Assembly (NCBI GenBank): GCA_037301995.1
Contig: JAXVOW010000302.1
Location: 8-64,007 of the forward strand
DNA length: 64,000 nucleotides
Source of the DNA: a bacterium
GTDB taxonomy: Bacteria; Bacillota; Clostridia; Lachnospirales; Lachnospiraceae
Direction of reading: 5' to 3'
In this document: in pieces, positions 60,570 through 64,000 of the stretch
How positions within the stretch are numbered: position 1 is the stretch's first letter
How the letters are laid out: each line of letters begins with the position of its first letter
Translations under genes and position numbers: made by a program
Notes under the pieces: generated by a model
What the model saw: only the letters and a program-made list of their open reading frames with translations
The model's database searches: none
What the model was told of the DNA's origin: nothing

Positions 60570-60621
60570 ATTTATCCCTCCTGCCATGCAACTCTCTTAC
60601 TTCATTTGCTACCTACAGTAT

Positions 60622-60654
60622 AAAAAAATCGAGACTTCCACAGAAGTCTCGATT
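60622..60654 (-). terminator. Rho-independent terminator after the LysR gene
   Basis: On the minus strand, aatcgagacttc-tgtg-gaagtctcgatt followed by tttttta. Confidence 0.8.
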
Positions 60655-60689
60655 CGTTCATCAGTTTATACCCAAAGGTTATATCTATT

Positions 60690-61592
60690 TTATTTATGCA
60701 ATACCGCCTGAATTGCCGACAGAAAACGCTTTACTGTTTCGGATGGAGCAGGAGAATGGAGCAAGCCATAAGGAATAGAATGATTCCATTCCACCGGAAT
60801 GACTTTTAATAAGGGATGCACATTATCCCATGCCTGGACTGCCATCAGAACATCATTACTGTTTTCACACCGGTTAAAAACATCTACACTGTAAAAATCA
60901 AAATCCACAATCTCAATCCGACTGTGATTCTGCCAGATATCATCCCGGAGAACATCCACATAATGACTCCAGTTCCGGTGCATCAGCATCAGCCGTTCCC
61001 CATATAAATCCTGAACAGTCATCCTGTTCTTACCGGCAAGACGATGATGGATGGACACCGCACAGCATATCGGCTGTCTGGAAATTTCAAAGCCTGCGCA
61101 GCTTCTCACATTCAACATCGTATCATCAAAAATACCTGCGACCACATCAATGTTCTGTCCGAGATTTTTCAAAATCTCCCTTGCATTTTCCGGTGTATTT
61201 TCAAAGGGAATAAGTTGGAATTTAATTTCCGGGCAGAGCTCGTGAATCTTGGGCCAAAGCTCCACCAAAACTCCAGCCGGCGTCATAGGAGAAGTTCCGA
61301 TACGAATAACATTATCCCCCTCCTGCATCGCATTCTTTGCCCGGATTACAGAATCCTTGCAATACTGAATCACATATTTTGCATCATTATACAAAGAGGT
61401 TCCTGCCTTTGTCAGCTTCAGCCCTCGATGGGTACGCTCAAAAAGCTTCACCTCTAAATCTGCTTCCAGCAGATTAATCTGTTTAATCACAGCCGTAGGC
61501 GTAATGTAAGCTTGTTCAGCAGCCTTATTAAAGCTTCCGGCATCTGCAACACGGATAAACGTTTCAAGTTGAGGATTATACACCACTATCAC
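60690..61592 (-). CDS. LysR family transcriptional regulator
   Basis: N-terminal HTH LETFIRVADAGSFNKAAEQAYITPTAVIKQINLLE plus a LysR substrate-binding domain. GTG start; the exact start codon is uncertain (several GTGs after aagagg). Confidence 0.88.
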   Translation of the reverse strand: MIVVYNPQLETFIRVADAGSFNKAAEQAYITPTAVIKQINLLEADLEVKLFERTHRGLKLTKAGTSLYNDAKYVIQYCKDSVIRAKNAMQEGDNVIRIGTSPMTPAGVLVELWPKIHELCPEIKFQLIPFENTPENAREILKNLGQNIDVVAGIFDDTMLNVRSCAGFEISRQPICCAVSIHHRLAGKNRMTVQDLYGERLMLMHRNWSHYVDVLRDDIWQNHSRIEIVDFDFYSVDVFNRCENSNDVLMAVQAWDNVHPLLKVIPVEWNHSIPYGLLHSPAPSETVKRFLSAIQAVLHK

Positions 61593-61651
61593 CTCTTTTC
61601 CTTCTTAAATCTTCTGGCTTTCCCTCAGTTTGGAGTATTTATCATAAACAT

Positions 61652-61929
61652 CTAAAGCGCTGCACCTATTGTAGCATATCCACTCAGATACGTATACATC
61701 ACCGGATTTGCATTCGCATACAGATACTTATGCAGGCTTACCGGGTCATAAATACTTCCCTGATAGCTGTCCATGCTGATAAAGGTTCCGGTAAACGGAT
61801 TCATATACCTTGCACGAAGGTAATATAATCCTGTATTCGCATTGTACTGTTCCCCAGTGTAGAGGAACTCGTTTTTGGTATCGGCTTCCTTCTCTAATAA
61901 GCTGCCATAGGCATCATAGCTGTAGCGGT
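61652..61929 (-). pseudogene. Orphan RHS core-end fragment (no start codon, truncated tip)
   Basis: 61691-61929 duplicates 62878-63116 (239 nt, about 6 mismatches). It encodes ..YSYDAYGSLLEKE..YYLRARYMNPFTGTFISMDSYQGSIYDPVSLHKYLYANANPVMYT, then YLSGYATIGAAL and a stop at 61652. Confidence 0.8.
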
Positions 61930-61952
61930 GATTTATCCACTATTTTCATTTA

Positions 61953-62210
61953 TTATTCTATCCAATCACCAGTACTACCATCATATGTAATAAATCCGTC
62001 TTTCCAATGATCTTGATTCAGTTCATATCTATCAATATAAAAGCAATCAACAGGAAAGCGGTTGAATCCTTTTTTGGTTTTGTATCTTTCTATTGCCTCT
62101 TCTGCCTTTTTATAAGAACTATAAATTCCAATAATTTTTATATTTTCTTTACTTATATCTTCTGTTACTTCATACTCATAACAATGCTGTAGTAAATACA
62201 CTTTTTGCAT
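61953..62210 (-). CDS. Putative immunity protein for the RHS C-terminal toxin
   Basis: An 85-aa acidic cytoplasmic ORF 28 nt downstream of the toxin stop. The call rests on position only. Confidence 0.6.
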   Translation of the reverse strand: MQKVYLLQHCYEYEVTEDISKENIKIIGIYSSYKKAEEAIERYKTKKGFNRFPVDCFYIDRYELNQDHWKDGFITYDGSTGDWIE

Positions 62211-62238
62211 AACTTAACTCCTCCTAATAAATTGTAAA

Positions 62239-64000
62239 TCAATAAAAGTGTGTATCAAAATATTTTTTTAATTGATTGTAGTCCGATTTAGGACCAGTAT
62301 TTTTTGGATCATATTCCCCATATTTTTCTAAGACTCTTTTCGCAGCATCCTTACCCGACTCGTTCTTATACGGTTTTTCTCCCTTAAATCTATCTGCTAT
62401 ATCATCTTTATCTTTTCCTTTTTTAGGCTTTTTTTTCGTTTTGTACTCTTTGTCTTCATTCTGACTTTCTCCTTCTTTTTCTTTTGGAGAATTTTTTCCT
62501 TTATTTTTGCCTTTGCTTTTATCATTATTCTCAGCTTCATAAATTGCCATCCTTATCTGTTCAGCAATTGTTTCACTTGCGATACCAGCCTCATTACAGA
62601 TAATTTCTATATTATCCAGTGCATACTGCAAAATCTCAACTGCTACATCACATGCATCTATAGAATACCCCTCATTTAATGCATCATCTATAACAAGCGA
62701 CAACATAACCGTTGCTGAAAGATATGATACAGCTTCTACCGCCTTAAGTGACCATAACCGATTCAGGAGCTGCATTCCAATATTAAACATAATGGCTTCA
62801 TTCTGTGCCTCTTGTACCTCTGAACTGGTCATTACACCCATTCCTGCTACAAGAACTCCAACATACCCGCTCGGGTCCGTATACATCACCGGATTTGCAT
62901 TCGCATACAGATACTTATGCAGGCTTACCGGGTCATAAATACTTCCCTGATAGCTGTCCATGCTGATAAAGGTTCCGGTAAACGGATTCATATACCTTGC
63001 ACGAAGGTAATATAATCCTGTATTCGCATTGTACTGTTCCCCGGTGTAGAGGAACTCGTTTTCGGTATCGCCTTCCTTCTCTAATAAACTGCCGTAAGCA
63101 TCATAGCTGTAGCGGTCTGTGATTCGTCCCGCTTCGTTTGTCAGAAGCCTTGTGCTTCCATGTCCGTCATACAGATAATACCATACTTCTCCATCCTTTT
63201 CCATGGAAAGAAGCTCATCACCCCTGGTATAATAAGCGGTTTCTTTTCCCTTTTCATCCGTCTCTGCCGCCACCATGGTAAGGTCTGCACTGGTATCATT
63301 GACATAAAAGGTAGTGTCACTTTCGTTTATGGTCTTTGACAGACGGTTTCCGGCATAGTCATAGGTATAGGATTCAACCGTTACACTGCTGTCCTGCTGG
63401 ACGATTGCTTTTGTCAGATGGTTTTCCTTATCATACGTATAGTCTGCTGTCATACTGCCGGTCTGCTTTACAAGGTTTCCGTTGGCATCATAGCTGTAGA
63501 CAATATTTCCTTCCGGAGAAACTTCTGTAATCAACTGGTTTAATGCATTGTAGGTATAAATGGTTGTTCCTTCGATAACTTTGATTTCTTCCGAATCCAC
63601 ATCTGCCAGCACAGAGATATCACCTTTAACGGAAGTCTCTTTGGAAATACGGTTGCTTGCTGCATCATATGTAAATTCGTTAGTTAATCGGTTCCCATCC
63701 CTCTCTATGGTCTCTTTTACAAGACGGTTTAACCTGTCATATTTATAGGTGGTTTCCGTCTCCACACCGCTGTTTACCTCTGTGATGGTAAGACGCTCTC
63801 CTGCTTTGCCCAGCCCATAGCTGTACCGGGAAAGCTGTACACCATCTGCATTGGTCACACATTCTTCCTTTAACCGCTGGCAGGCATCATAGGTATAGGT
63901 GGCCACGTTGCCGTTTGGATAGCGGACTGCACTACGGTTTCCTAATTCGTCATACTCATATACCGTTGCTCTGCCGTTCCGGTCAATGACCCGGGTAACA
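62239..64000 (-). CDS. RHS/YD-repeat polymorphic toxin; N-terminus runs off the right edge (the track ORF 62239..63906 starts at an internal GTG)
   Basis: The reading frame stays open from 63906 to nt 64000 (..RVIDRNGRATVYEYDELGNRSAVRYPNGNVATYTYDA). It carries many YD repeats and the RHS core end YYLRARYMNPFTG...NPVMYTDPSGY, then a ~210-aa C-terminal tip. Confidence 0.88.
   Translation of the reverse strand, partial: VTRVIDRNGRATVYEYDELGNRSAVRYPNGNVATYTYDACQRLKEECVTNADGVQLSRYSYGLGKAGERLTITEVNSGVETETTYKYDRLNRLVKETIERDGNRLTNEFTYDAASNRISKETSVKGDISVLADVDSEEIKVIEGTTIYTYNALNQLITEVSPEGNIVYSYDANGNLVKQTGSMTADYTYDKENHLTKAIVQQDSSVTVESYTYDYAGNRLSKTINESDTTFYVNDTSADLTMVAAETDEKGKETAYYTRGDELLSMEKDGEVWYYLYDGHGSTRLLTNEAGRITDRYSYDAYGSLLEKEGDTENEFLYTGEQYNANTGLYYLRARYMNPFTGTFISMDSYQGSIYDPVSLHKYLYANANPVMYTDPSGYVGVLVAGMGVMTSSEVQEAQNEAIMFNIGMQLLNRLWSLKAVEAVSYLSATVMLSLVIDDALNEGYSIDACDVAVEILQYALDNIEIICNEAGIASETIAEQIRMAIYEAENNDKSKGKNKGKNSPKEKEGESQNEDKEYKTKKKPKKGKDKDDIADRFKGEKPYKNESGKDAAKRVLEKYGEYDPKNTGPKSDYNQLKKYFDTHFY

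Noticed and set aside
59931-60623. A 230-aa plus-strand ORF, and others in the GC-richer island (52247..52819, 54089..54595, 53066..53476, 44233..44793).
   Set aside because: They are antisense to well-supported enzyme genes. Higher GC content reduces random stop codons, and their products are Arg/Pro/His-rich nonsense-like sequences.
62380-62530. The Lys-rich stretch of the RHS tip as a separate small gene or frameshifted region.
   Set aside because: It is in frame and continuous with the RHS ORF. The A-rich low-complexity DNA explains its odd appearance, and I see no evidence of a frameshift.

Overview
This is a low-GC Firmicutes chromosomal segment, Clostridia/Lachnospiraceae-like by r-protein sequences and gene order (inference). 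It is transcribed almost entirely on the minus strand. The core is the complete S10-spc-alpha ribosomal supercluster (rpsJ to rplQ, 40.6 to 23.7 kb), followed by a fused ecfA1-ecfA2, ecfT, truA and rplM-rpsI. Two blocks interrupt this conserved backbone: a PLP aminotransferase, and a 5-kb phosphorelay module (Hpt, two REC-HD-GYP regulators, hybrid histidine kinase). Several r-protein junctions are inflated to 170-460 nt by structured, partly paralogous non-coding repeat elements. The left flank carries FeoAB (cut by the window edge), a MATE/AraC pair, an ECF sigma/anti-sigma triad, an AraC-GyrI regulator, and an AT-rich three-gene DpnII-type GATC restriction-modification cassette next to an XRE-HTH plus uncharacterised ORF pair. 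The right flank carries a methyltransferase, small membrane proteins, a second ECF sigma/anti-sigma/transglutaminase-lipoprotein triad, and a visibly GC-richer 13-kb co-directional island downstream of a LysR regulator gene. That island encodes four exported flavodoxin-like proteins (two fused to alpha/beta hydrolases), a DUF4405 membrane protein, three aldo-keto reductases, two Fe-ADH-fold proteins, an FMN reductase and a MITE-like insertion. The window ends with an RHS/YD polymorphic toxin locus: C-terminal toxin tip, immunity gene and an orphan core remnant. No rRNA, tRNA or CRISPR array was seen.
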